Part shown: in pieces, positions 9,350 through 18,311 of the stretch | How positions within the stretch are numbered: position 1 is the stretch's first letter | Layout of the letters: every line of letters begins with the position of its first letter | IMG/VR virus record: IMGVR_UViG_3300042922_001182 | Span: 124,001 to 188,000 of that record | Length of the DNA stretch: 64,000 nucleotides | Direction: 5' to 3' (one strand) | Notes under the pieces: generated by a model | Databases searched by the model: none | The model's input: the letters and a program-made list of their open reading frames with translations, nothing else | Told to the model about the DNA's origin: nothing | Position numbers and translations under genes: made by a program

Positions 9350-12300
9350 TTACATGCTCTCGATCTGGGGGCTGACCCAGACGTCGAGCTGCGTGTTGAT
9401 GGGAGCGAAACGGCGCTTGATCGGGATCTCGGAGAGATCGCCGTAGACGCCGGTGGCATCGCCCTCTAGGTTGGTGGCGTCTCCACTCAGCCCGGAGACG
9501 TCGCCGGTGAGCCCGCCGATGTTGCCGGAGAGGTTCGACACGTCTCCCTTGAGGCCGAAGTCGATCGCGGCGATGACCGCGCCGAGGTCGGCGTTCTTGA
9601 GGACGTTCGCGCCCATCTCGACCAGCTCCGACTGGACGCTCTCGATCAGGGCCTTGACGGCGTTTGAAGCCGTTGCGATCGACTCGATCTCCTGGCGGGT
9701 GCCGTGCGCCACGTCGGCGTTGGCCTGCCGGAAGATCTCGTACGGGGGCTGGTTGGCCGGGACCTGGACCTCCTCCAGTTTGACGAGCGTCCCCGCCTTC
9801 GTCTCGAACCCGCCTAGGCTCCCGGTTGCCACCGACAGCGTCTGCTTGATGGCCTCGACACCGGAGACGATGGCCACGATGATGTTGACGCCGTCGTAGA
9901 CCGAGTTGTAGAGGTCGTCGGCGTTGTCCTCCGTCTCCCAAGCCTTCTTGCGAAGGTCCCTGGCCTCGGTCCGCAGCGCCGCCCTGAGCCTGGTGGCCCT
10001 GGTGAACGCGTCGGAGTCCTTGGTGATGGAGTCCGCCATGCTGAAGGCGGAGTCGCAGGCGGCCCCGATCATCGCGGTGATGGACGCGACCGTGGTGCCT
10101 GGGATGAGCCTGCTCCTGGTCGAATCAGAGGCGACGCCCGCCGTCATGGTGGCGCTCGCAGCCTTGAGGGCCTTGAGCTCCGTGACGGCCAGCGGGACGT
10201 GCTCCCTCAGCTCGGCGATCCTGGTGTCGGTGGCCGCCGACGAGTCGACGGTCGTCATGAGCATCTGGTCGACCCGGGCCATGAGGAGGGTCAGCCTGTC
10301 CACCATCGCCTTCAGCTTCTCCAGGGCATGCGCTGGGGTCTCGATGAACGGGACGAAGACGGAGGAGGACGACTGCACGAAGCCGTTGTAGGTGTTGGCT
10401 TGACCGAGGGCCAGGTTCGAGACCGTCGCCATGGCGTCCAGGGAGTCGCTGATATCCTGCCTCACATCGGCGGATGGCATCAGCGTCTCCGAGGCCTGGA
10501 TGAACGCCTTGGCATCCGCCAGGGCGGTGTTCAGCGCTCCGAAACCAAGCGGCTCCTGAGGGGTTCCGCCGCCCACGATGGCCTGTACCATGGCCTGGGT
10601 CTGGGTCTTGAAGGGAGAGGTGGCCCCTGGTACGATGTCCTTCAGCGTACCGAGGATGTCCTGGGGCCTATTCCCCTGCAGCAGGGAGTCCAGCTCTCCG
10701 ATCTTCTGGGCCGTGAGGGAGAAGGAGTTGGCGATGGCGTTCATCTTCACCGACAGGTTCTCGTCGAACCCGACCCGCACCAGGCTCTCGTCGTGCAGGC
10801 CGAAGGCCGAGACCCTGATCGTGGAGCAGCGGGTCGCTAGCGCCGTGACGGGGCCGTCGATCGTCGTCCTGATGTACGCCAGGGCGCTGGAGTAGAGGGT
10901 GATATCCGAGAGGTTGGAGGTGATGACGCTGACGTTGGACAGCAGCTCCTCGATGGCGCCCTGGGACTGGCCGAAGCCGGTGATCTCCTCTCCTCCTTCG
11001 ACTTCCACGATGTAGGGTGCGACCTTGGATCGGAAGGACGAGTTGAGGGTGTTCAGGGCAGTGCTGACCTGGTTGGAGGAGTTCGTCGCGTCGGTGTGCT
11101 TCGTGTTCTCGTCGGCGGTCAGCGACGAGTTGCTGGTGTAGGCATCCCTGGCCACGGTCGTCACCTGGTCCCCGATCTCGAACACCTTGGTCCTGATCTC
11201 CTTGGAGAACTCCGTGGAGTAGGGGGCCAGGGTGCCGGTGACGGGGGCCTTGTGGGCCTCGATGTAGGTGAGGAGCGAGTCCACCGAGGTCTTGACCGCG
11301 TTGATGGATGCTGAGATCGATGTCCGTGAGGCCGCCTCGTACGGAGAGGTCCCTGCCGTGACCGACGTTCGGACGTGCTCAAGGGTCTCGTAGAGACGGT
11401 AGTCATCCGGCCCTGCCACGGTCCCCGATGCCTTCATGGAGACGGAGATCTCCTCAAGGATGGCGTTGATAGCCTCGTGGAGCTGGAGCATGTCCGCCTG
11501 GCCCACCGAGGGCATCGACGCCTCTCTGGCCAGGTCAGCCAGCTGGAGCGAGAGGCTGCTAGCCGCCTGCGACAGGGAGACCGCGTTCGGGATGCTGGCC
11601 TCGATGACCTCGCTCATGAAGTCGCTTCTCTGTTGCATCGCAGTAGCAAAGAGCGCCAGCGAACCCGTATCCGCACCGCCCCCCGTGCCGGGGGTAAGGA
11701 GCGAATCCGCCTTGGTCTTGAGGTCGTCGAGAAGGGGCGGGTAGGACGCCGCGAGGGAGCGCTTGACCACGAGATAGTCGGAGTTCTCCGTCGCCCCAGC
11801 GGACGTTTCTTGGGCAGCTGCCGCCAGGTTATCGGCGGCCTCCGTGGCAGAGTCCCGGAGCTGTTCCGACACGAGGTCGTCCAGGGTCCCCGGTACTTTT
11901 GCGGCGGCGCTCAAAGCGTTGCAGAGGATAAGCAGCTGAGAGGCTTTCCCCTTGAGCGCCAGAGACGCGTCAACGGCGTTCTGCTCGGTCGGGTAGGGGA
12001 GGGTGGTGTGAGATAGGAAGTTCTCGATTAGAGAAAGACTGCTCTCGCACGCCTGAAGCTGTGTTGTCACCTGGTCGTAGGACGAGGAGATCGCCGCCGT
12101 GTAGGAGTCGATGCCGTCCAGCTCCAGGCCGAAGGCCGTGGAGCGGCTCGCGAGCTCCCCCTGGATGGTGGTAACTGCGGCCTCCTCTACGGCGACTGCG
12201 GCGGTTTCCTCGGCAGTCGCCGCAAGGGGATCGAGCGCCAGCTTGGCCTTGAAGTCGATCACCTTGGTCTTGATCTGGTTGGCGGCCAGGTCCACAGCCG

Positions 12301-13972
12301 AGTTCTTGGCCGCTGCGACCGATGTACTGGAAGCGGCGGTCATCTCGGTGGCGGCCAGGTCCATCGCATCCGCCTTGGAACGGATGTCGGTAGGGTGTCC
12401 GGAGACCACCGCCAGCAGGGACTTCTTATCGTCGTAGGCCGGGCGGATGGCCGCGACCGCATTGACGATGGTCGCGCAGTAGTCGGTGATGGCCTCGATC
12501 GAGGTCGCCACACCGTCCTTGTCGTTCTCCGGTACGGACGCGTAGTTCGTGTCCACCCAATTCTGGACGGGGGTCAGCGCGGTGGTGACCTCGTCGGTGT
12601 GCCCCGACGCGGCCGTCATCGCGGCCTCCGCGTTGGCCTGGTTGAGGGTGGCGCCGGAGGCAGCGGTCGAAAGGGCCGTGATATCCGCTTCGAGGACGGC
12701 GATAGCGGCCAGCAGGTCATCTGCCAGGTCGTTGAAGGTGGCGTTCCCCGGAGTGTTTACCAGCTTGTCCTTGAGGTCTGAGGTCTCGGTGGACGCCTGG
12801 TCGATCGCCTCCCCGACCGAGTTGGCGGCGGCGCTGCAGTACGCCTTTAGGTTGAGCAGGCTGTCGATGGAGGTGGCGAAGGCCCTGGCCTTGGAGGAGA
12901 GCTCCGAGGACTTCTCGGAGACCCCGCTGATGTGAGGCGCCTTCGAATCCTCGTAGAGGCCCGCCTCCGAGATGGTGTCGAGCGCCTCCGTCAGGGTGTC
13001 GACGGCCGACCGGATGGAAGGGACATACGTGTTCAGGTTGTTGGTGGTGTCCACCTCAGAGGCAAGCGACGAAGACAGACCTTGGAGTAATGAGCTGACC
13101 TGCAGCGCCGACGCCCTTGCGATCAGGGCGTCGGCGGATATCTTCTGCGATGGGTTGGTGAGCTTCGCCGTCTCCTGGCGAACGGAGTTGATCGCCCCTG
13201 AGGCGGTCTCGGCCAGGGAGGCGGCGTTGCTGGACATGGACGCCGCAAGCACGGCGGAGTTGCAGGCGTTCAGGAAGGTCATCTCCGCATCGAAGGCGAC
13301 CTGGGACAGGCTACCAGCGATGTCCTTGAAGCTGTCGGCGGCCCCCATGACCGCGTCCATGATGTCCCTGTCGGTCCCGGCCTCGGGCATAGCCATCACC
13401 GCGTCCGCCAGGGCGTTGAACAGAGGGGTACCGAGGCTGGGGAGCTCGACCTTGATGAGGCCGTAGATCCTTGAGCAGTCCCCCTCCAGGGTGGTGATCA
13501 TCCCGGCCAGGCCGGACACGTCTCCGCTGAGCCCGGTGGCGTCCCCCCAGACCTTGGAGACGTCGCCCCTGAGGCCGGACACGTCGCCGCTGAGCATGGC
13601 CACGAGCCCGGAGATGTTGCTGACGTTGCCCCTGATGGCGTTGGTGATGCCGTAGATCCGCGTGCAATCGCCTTCGAGCTTCGTCACGTCCCCGATGAGA
13701 CCGGACACGTCGCCGCTCAGCTTGGAAACGTCGCCAGCGATCTTGGTGATGTCGCCGCTGATGTTGGAGCAGTCGCCGTAGATCATGCCGGTCAGCATGC
13801 CGCGAAGGCCGGAGCAGTCGCCCCTGAGCCCCATGGCGGTCCCCGTGATGTTGGAGCAGTCGCCCCTGAGCTCGAAGATGTTGACCACCAGACCGAGACG
13901 CGGGCCGCTGATGGGCAGCCTGTGCGTCGCGAGATCGTGGTGGTAGAGTCTCTTCTTCTTCCTTACAAGCAT
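9350..13972 (-). CDS. 1540-aa protein: heptad (LxGDxSx) repeat arrays at both ends around a ~1300-aa Ala/Ser/Thr-rich helical region
   Basis: RBS GGAGG; about 19 LSGDVSG-like repeats near the N-terminus and about 6 at the C-terminus; function not recognised. Confidence 0.8.
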   Translation of the reverse strand: MLVRKKKRLYHHDLATHRLPISGPRLGLVVNIFELRGDCSNITGTAMGLRGDCSGLRGMLTGMIYGDCSNISGDITKIAGDVSKLSGDVSGLIGDVTKLEGDCTRIYGITNAIRGNVSNISGLVAMLSGDVSGLRGDVSKVWGDATGLSGDVSGLAGMITTLEGDCSRIYGLIKVELPSLGTPLFNALADAVMAMPEAGTDRDIMDAVMGAADSFKDIAGSLSQVAFDAEMTFLNACNSAVLAASMSSNAASLAETASGAINSVRQETAKLTNPSQKISADALIARASALQVSSLLQGLSSSLASEVDTTNNLNTYVPSIRSAVDTLTEALDTISEAGLYEDSKAPHISGVSEKSSELSSKARAFATSIDSLLNLKAYCSAAANSVGEAIDQASTETSDLKDKLVNTPGNATFNDLADDLLAAIAVLEADITALSTAASGATLNQANAEAAMTAASGHTDEVTTALTPVQNWVDTNYASVPENDKDGVATSIEAITDYCATIVNAVAAIRPAYDDKKSLLAVVSGHPTDIRSKADAMDLAATEMTAASSTSVAAAKNSAVDLAANQIKTKVIDFKAKLALDPLAATAEETAAVAVEEAAVTTIQGELASRSTAFGLELDGIDSYTAAISSSYDQVTTQLQACESSLSLIENFLSHTTLPYPTEQNAVDASLALKGKASQLLILCNALSAAAKVPGTLDDLVSEQLRDSATEAADNLAAAAQETSAGATENSDYLVVKRSLAASYPPLLDDLKTKADSLLTPGTGGGADTGSLALFATAMQQRSDFMSEVIEASIPNAVSLSQAASSLSLQLADLAREASMPSVGQADMLQLHEAINAILEEISVSMKASGTVAGPDDYRLYETLEHVRTSVTAGTSPYEAASRTSISASINAVKTSVDSLLTYIEAHKAPVTGTLAPYSTEFSKEIRTKVFEIGDQVTTVARDAYTSNSSLTADENTKHTDATNSSNQVSTALNTLNSSFRSKVAPYIVEVEGGEEITGFGQSQGAIEELLSNVSVITSNLSDITLYSSALAYIRTTIDGPVTALATRCSTIRVSAFGLHDESLVRVGFDENLSVKMNAIANSFSLTAQKIGELDSLLQGNRPQDILGTLKDIVPGATSPFKTQTQAMVQAIVGGGTPQEPLGFGALNTALADAKAFIQASETLMPSADVRQDISDSLDAMATVSNLALGQANTYNGFVQSSSSVFVPFIETPAHALEKLKAMVDRLTLLMARVDQMLMTTVDSSAATDTRIAELREHVPLAVTELKALKAASATMTAGVASDSTRSRLIPGTTVASITAMIGAACDSAFSMADSITKDSDAFTRATRLRAALRTEARDLRKKAWETEDNADDLYNSVYDGVNIIVAIVSGVEAIKQTLSVATGSLGGFETKAGTLVKLEEVQVPANQPPYEIFRQANADVAHGTRQEIESIATASNAVKALIESVQSELVEMGANVLKNADLGAVIAAIDFGLKGDVSNLSGNIGGLTGDVSGLSGDATNLEGDATGVYGDLSEIPIKRRFAPINTQLDVWVSPQIESM

Positions 13973-13990
13973 TGGCGACCTCCAGTTTGC

Positions 13991-14689
13991 CTAGCGGTTG
14001 TGTACGTCGTAGTGACCGGCGGTCTCACCCTTTTGGAAGTCCTGCCGGTAGCCGAGAAGTTCGATGTGCCGCAGGCTGGCCTCGATGCCAGCCGCGTCCA
14101 GGTCGGTGTTGTAGCCGAGGATCGGGTAGAGGAACTGCTTGCCGATGGAGTCGCTGTTCCGCATGACTTCGAGGAGAATGTCGATGCGGTCGTCGATGTA
14201 CATGGTGTAATCGACGGTCTTCAGGAATTCGGACTTCGGGACCCCGGGCGGGACCGCGATCAGCTCGATCTTGTCTGAGGGCATGTGCCTGCGGAGCCAG
14301 TCCAGCTTGCTCTGCTCGGTGCCAGGGATGGTGTGGCTGACGACGTAGATCTGGTCGACGCCAGAGCTCTTCGAGGCGAGCCAGATGGCCTTGCCCATCT
14401 CGGTGATGTCGCAATCCGCATAGAAGTCGTCCTCGATGTAGAGGGACATGAACTCGGAGTGGACATCCCTGGGAAGGCCGCCGACGTTGGGCCTAGTCAG
14501 CCACTTGTCGAGGTAGTACTCGCCTCTCCCCATGATCTCCTCGATGGTCTTGGGGTCCACGTCCAGCCACGGGCCGAAGAAGTTGGCCCTCTCGACGAGC
14601 TTGCGGTGCCAGACGGGGCAGATGTTGACAAGCACCTCGTCCATATCCGTGGCGATTATGGACTTGTTCAACGCGCTGGCGAAATCCAT
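13991..14689 (-). CDS. HAD-superfamily 5'(3')-deoxyribonucleotidase-like phosphatase
   Basis: Motif I ATDMDEVLVN, SKLDWLRRH, motif IV MYIDDR; RBS AGGAG before ATG 14689 (ORF track start 14770). Confidence 0.8.
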   Translation of the reverse strand: MDFASALNKSIIATDMDEVLVNICPVWHRKLVERANFFGPWLDVDPKTIEEIMGRGEYYLDKWLTRPNVGGLPRDVHSEFMSLYIEDDFYADCDITEMGKAIWLASKSSGVDQIYVVSHTIPGTEQSKLDWLRRHMPSDKIELIAVPPGVPKSEFLKTVDYTMYIDDRIDILLEVMRNSDSIGKQFLYPILGYNTDLDAAGIEASLRHIELLGYRQDFQKGETAGHYDVHNR

Positions 14690-14776
14690 TCCTAACTCCT
14701 CATTTGTCTCTTGTGTGGGGGGAAAAGGGAGGACGGAGCCAAGATCTCTCTTGGCTCCGTCGTTGTACAACCGTTG

Positions 14777-15574
14777 CTAGCCTTCCGAGTCGAACAGGTT
14801 GTCGATCTCGCCCTCGGCGACCTTGGTCACGGGGGACTTGCCGCCGACGGCGGGGGCGCCGGGCAGCTCGCGGCGGCGGCGGCGCTGACCGCCACCCTGG
14901 ACGGACTCCGTGGCCTCGCGGCGGGGCTGGTTGCCGCCAGCGGGAGCGGGACCGGCGGACAGCAGGTGCTCCTTGTTGCAGACGCGCTCAGCCGCCTGGA
15001 GGAAGCTCTCCAGGGTGTCCAGCTCGTGGTTGAACTTGTGGGTGTGGTCCGAGTGGCCGTCGTCGTCGGGGTTGAGGGTGATGACGCGGTGCAGCGCCTC
15101 CTCGGGAAGGATGTAGATGTTGTCGGCCTTGATCTTGCCGTCGGCGTCGTACTCCTTGAGGGCCAGGTACCACAGGCCGATCTCGTTCGGGGCGAGCTCG
15201 GTCTCGTCATCGATCGCCATGTCGTTGCCGATGATGAGGACCTTCTTGCCGTTGCGGCCGGGGTGGGCGATGGCGAACGACTGCACGCCGCTGGTCTCGG
15301 GGTCCTTGATCCAGGTGAGGCCCTGCTGGATGCCCTTCACGTCGCCGAGGTCGACCTGGAAGAAGACCTTCGCGTCGTGGTTGTACATCTGGAGGCCCTT
15401 CTGGGGCTCCTTGCCAGCGTGCTCCTTGAAGACCGGCGACAGGCTGAAGAAGGCCTTGTCCTGCCAGAAGCCCAGCTCCAGGGCGCCGTAGTTGTTGTTG
15501 TAGAGGATATGGGCTCGGACAGACGTGCCCTTCTGCTGGGTGTCCTGGCCGCCGTTGGCGTTCTGCTCGGTCAT
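14777..15574 (-). CDS. putative single-stranded DNA-binding protein
   Basis: Beta-rich aromatic N-domain, G/P-rich linker, acidic tail EGEIDNLFDSEG, next to DNA polymerase; function inferred. Confidence 0.5.
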   Translation of the reverse strand: MTEQNANGGQDTQQKGTSVRAHILYNNNYGALELGFWQDKAFFSLSPVFKEHAGKEPQKGLQMYNHDAKVFFQVDLGDVKGIQQGLTWIKDPETSGVQSFAIAHPGRNGKKVLIIGNDMAIDDETELAPNEIGLWYLALKEYDADGKIKADNIYILPEEALHRVITLNPDDDGHSDHTHKFNHELDTLESFLQAAERVCNKEHLLSAGPAPAGGNQPRREATESVQGGGQRRRRRELPGAPAVGGKSPVTKVAEGEIDNLFDSEG

Positions 15575-15611
15575 TTCCGGGGTGTCCTTTCTCTCGTTGG
15601 GGGAATTGCGG

Positions 15612-15623
15612 TATCGACTTGTT
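15612..15623 (-). promoter_or_regulatory. AACA-N6-TA promoter
   Basis: Minus strand AACA AGTCGA TA upstream of 15574. Confidence 0.7.
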
Positions 15624-15668
15624 GGGGCCCCCCTAACCGGATAAGCTAGGGGGGAACCCGAGACGCTC

Positions 15669-16432
15669 CTAGAACGTCACGATGTTGCTGTACTGGGAAC
15701 CAGCCGGTGTCTTGATCACCTTGAGGTCCATGCTCTCAAGAACGATGAAGCCGTTCCTGACGTTGTCGGAGGCGATGGTGTCCATGTCGATGAACTGGAT
15801 CAGCCACTCCGGGATGCGGTCGACCGACTTGGGGATGGCCAGGATGGTGAACCCGAACCGCTCCATCTTGGGGCTCTTGAAGACCGCCCTGTGGATGGCC
15901 TCGTACTGCGGGGTGCCGAAGATGGGGGCGAGGTCGCCGATCTTCTCCGCCTTCATCTTGAACAGGAGCACGTCCTCCGGGGCCGACAAGACCGGGAGTC
16001 TCTCCTCCGGGGGCAGCGCCTCCTGGAGGGCGTTCCACACGATGGAGCCGCGCACGGGGGCCTGGGTGTACGGGGCCTTGTACGCGCCGGAGCCGTCGAT
16101 GTACTCGTCGTTCGCGTCGCGGTCGCCGGGGTCGTTGAGGCGACCGGGCACGCCGAAGGTCACCTCGCCACGGGCCAGGCTCTCCTTCACGGACTTCTCG
16201 AACTCGCGGAACTTGCCCAGGACCCCGGACGTGCTCATGTCATCCGAGCCGAGGACGTCGTCCTTGATCAGCTTGGTGAAGAACTGGCGGGTGGTCTTGT
16301 TGACCGTGGTCTTCTTGATCGACAGGCCCTTGATGTCCAGCTTGGGCGGATCGATGATCGTGCCCTCCTGGGCCTTCAGGAGCCCGGCGTACTGCTTCTT
16401 GTTGTTGGTGGTCATCAACCTTGTGTAGAGGA
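15669..16432 (-). CDS. polB: family-B DNA polymerase, exon 2
   Basis: After splicing reads (F)LYTRLMTTNNKKQYAG...LDIKGLSIKK, the PolB KKxY and KG motifs; no RBS of its own. Confidence 0.9.
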
Positions 16433-16624
16433 CTCGGTGTTCACCCGGGGTCGCAGGTCCCGGATCGCCCCTAGGGGCAGCTGCGCGTCTCCGCGCAGGA
16501 CAGACTATATCATCACCCGCTTGGGGTGCCTCCCGTTTGGGGTACCATTGGCTTGTACCCTACGTGCATAAAGCACTAGTCGTTGAACCTTCCCGAAAAA
16601 AGTGAAACTACCCGTCCGTCGACC

Positions 16625-16633
16625 ACATATTCT
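16625..16633 (+). promoter_or_regulatory. early-type promoter motif ACATATTCT inside intron loop L6
   Basis: CGACC-ACATATTCT, one mismatch to the ACATATTAT motif seen at 32846 and 50816. Confidence 0.6.
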
Positions 16634-16710
16634 TTACATGAGCAAGATAGGATTTAGGGTCCGTACTATCATGCCTACGTCAGCACAGGATCCCTTTAGG
16701 AGGAATAACA

Positions 16711-16896
16711 ATGCTCAGCTCTTTGTTCAACGGTATCGGTGGCGCTGTGGAGTCCATCGGCAACGGCGTGTTCGGCGCGGTAGACGAGATCTTGGACGGC
16801 ACCTGGAAGGCCGGTGAGAGCATCGTCAAGGGCGTCGGCGGTGCGGCCGATGGGGCCTGCAAGGCGGTCGACTCGCTGTTCGGCGACATCGACTAG
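16711..16896 (+). CDS. 61-aa amphipathic 11-mer-repeat peptide, antisense within the group I intron
   Basis: Strong RBS AGGAGG, C/G-ending codons like other genes, flanked by promoter motif and terminator. Confidence 0.8.
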   Translation: MLSSLFNGIGGAVESIGNGVFGAVDEILDGTWKAGESIVKGVGGAADGACKAVDSLFGDID

Positions 16897-16902
16897 TCCA
16901 TA

Positions 16903-16936
16903 GGAGGCGGGGGTAACACCCCGCCTCTCTTTTTTT
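16903..16936 (+). terminator. intrinsic terminator of the intron-nested gene
   Basis: GAGGCGGGG-loop-CCCCGCCTC followed by TCTTTTTTT. Confidence 0.85.
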
Positions 16937-17033
16937 CGGGCTTGGCTGCTGATTACCCGCTTCGGGCTTCCCAGCAATTAGAGAGGTTTGCATACGGGCG
17001 TTGCCACCCGTAGGAGCTAGGCCACGCGGGCCA

Positions 17034-18252
17034 ACTCGTTCTTCATGTTGATGATGGGGCGCTTGTCCTCGGGGATGTTCATGTTCCTGGTCAGGGTGGC
17101 GTAGGTGCTCTCGATGACCCTGGCGAGCAGGTAGATGACGACGTTGACGACGCTCACGCGGTCGACGTCCTCCTTCGTCTTGGCCCCCAGCTCGTCGCGG
17201 CAGAACCGGACGAAGGGGTCGACGTTGATGAAGTTGGAGTCCGTGTCCACCACCAGGACGGCGGCCCTGGGGTCCTGCTCGGCCCGCTGGAAGTGGTCCT
17301 CCGGGATGTGGTCGTGGTACACGAAGTGTGCCAGGTAGCCCCAGAGCTCCTTGAGGTAGGGCAGGACGTCCTCCGCCGGGTGGTCGGCGTTCGTGACCTT
17401 GAGGTCGCTGGCGAACAGGGATTCAAGCACCTTCCTGGCGTTGGCGCACCGGCGCAGGAACTCGTAGAGGTTGTTGCGGAAGAAGACTCGCGCCACCTCG
17501 TAGGGGTCCAGGGAGGACACGGCCTTGAGCAGGATCGCCCGCGCCTCGTCGGAGGGGTGCTTGCGGAACCTGGACAGCAGGTGGCCCATGAGCTCGTCGT
17601 GGGTCGGGGGATTGTCGAGGACCCACACCCTGTCCGCGCTGCGCTGGGACTCCTCCGGCATGCAACGCTCGACGAACAGCAGCGCCTCCGACAGGTCGTT
17701 GAACGGGCAGTTACCGGCGAGGAACTGCTCGAAGGCCATGACCGACGCGGTGATGATCGTGCGACCCGTGTACGTGACGCTGGGGCCGACTCGCGGGTTG
17801 AAGAAGATGCAGTTCTTCTCGCCCGACGCGCCGTAGTAGGAGTTGGCCAGGAGCTTGATCGTCTTCTGGTCGCGGTCGTAGTTGTCGTGGAGGGTGCGGT
17901 CCACGTCGTTGACGTGGGCCAGCATCTTCTTCTTCGCCACCTTGCGGCTCTTCATGAGCCACTCCAGCATGGCCGCGATCAGGTTGATCGAGTTGGAGTG
18001 CTGCTTGTAGGCGGTCCCGTAGGGCGTGAACACCGGCTGGTGCTTGCCCAAGAGGAAGTCCGAGAACTGCAGGACGTCGATCTGCTTGTCCGCCCCGGTC
18101 GTGTCGTTGTTGAAGGAGCACCCCGGCTTCCTCACCCTCTCGTCGACGATCGCGTCGACCTTGGCCCGGATGGCCTCGGGGTCCCTGTCGGGGAACTGGC
18201 GGACCAGGACCTCCATGACCTCTGCCTTGTAGGCCTCAAGAGTTGCTGACAT
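17034..18252 (-). CDS. polB: family-B DNA polymerase, exon 1 (spliced product 660 aa)
   Basis: Motif B QKTIKLLANSYYG, SVTYTGR, motif C VVDTDS, ends IINMKNE at the splice site; RBS GGGAGG. Confidence 0.92.
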
Positions 18253-18281
18253 GTTTAGTTTCCTCCCGTCTCTGTGGGTGA

Positions 18282-18293
18282 TACCGGGGTGTT
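18282..18293 (-). promoter_or_regulatory. AACA-N6-TA promoter for DNA polymerase
   Basis: Minus strand AACA CCCCGG TA, 30 nt upstream of the ATG. Confidence 0.7.
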
Positions 18294-18311
18294 CCGGGCG
18301 GCCCTATTGGC

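Larger units (their letters stand above)
16433..17033 (-). mobile_element. group I intron (IA2-like, 601 nt) in the DNA polymerase gene
   Basis: Minus strand carries P (AAUUGCUGGGAA), Q (AAUCAGCAGC), R (GUUCAACGACUA) and S (GAUGAUAUAGUCU); P1 with U.G at the 5' site; P7.1 and P7.2 hairpins; terminal G; removal restores the reading frame. Confidence 0.95.

Noticed and set aside
16680-16977. Sense-strand ORFs (69 and 93 aa) inside the intron as a homing endonuclease remnant
   Set aside because: No HNH, GIY-YIG, LAGLIDADG or PD-(D/E)xK motif and no RBS; the plus-strand ORF has all the expression signals
15669-18252. Two separate polymerase genes or a pseudogene (411 aa and 249 aa)
   Set aside because: The stop after NE-LARVA lies within intron P1, and precise intron removal restores one continuous frame
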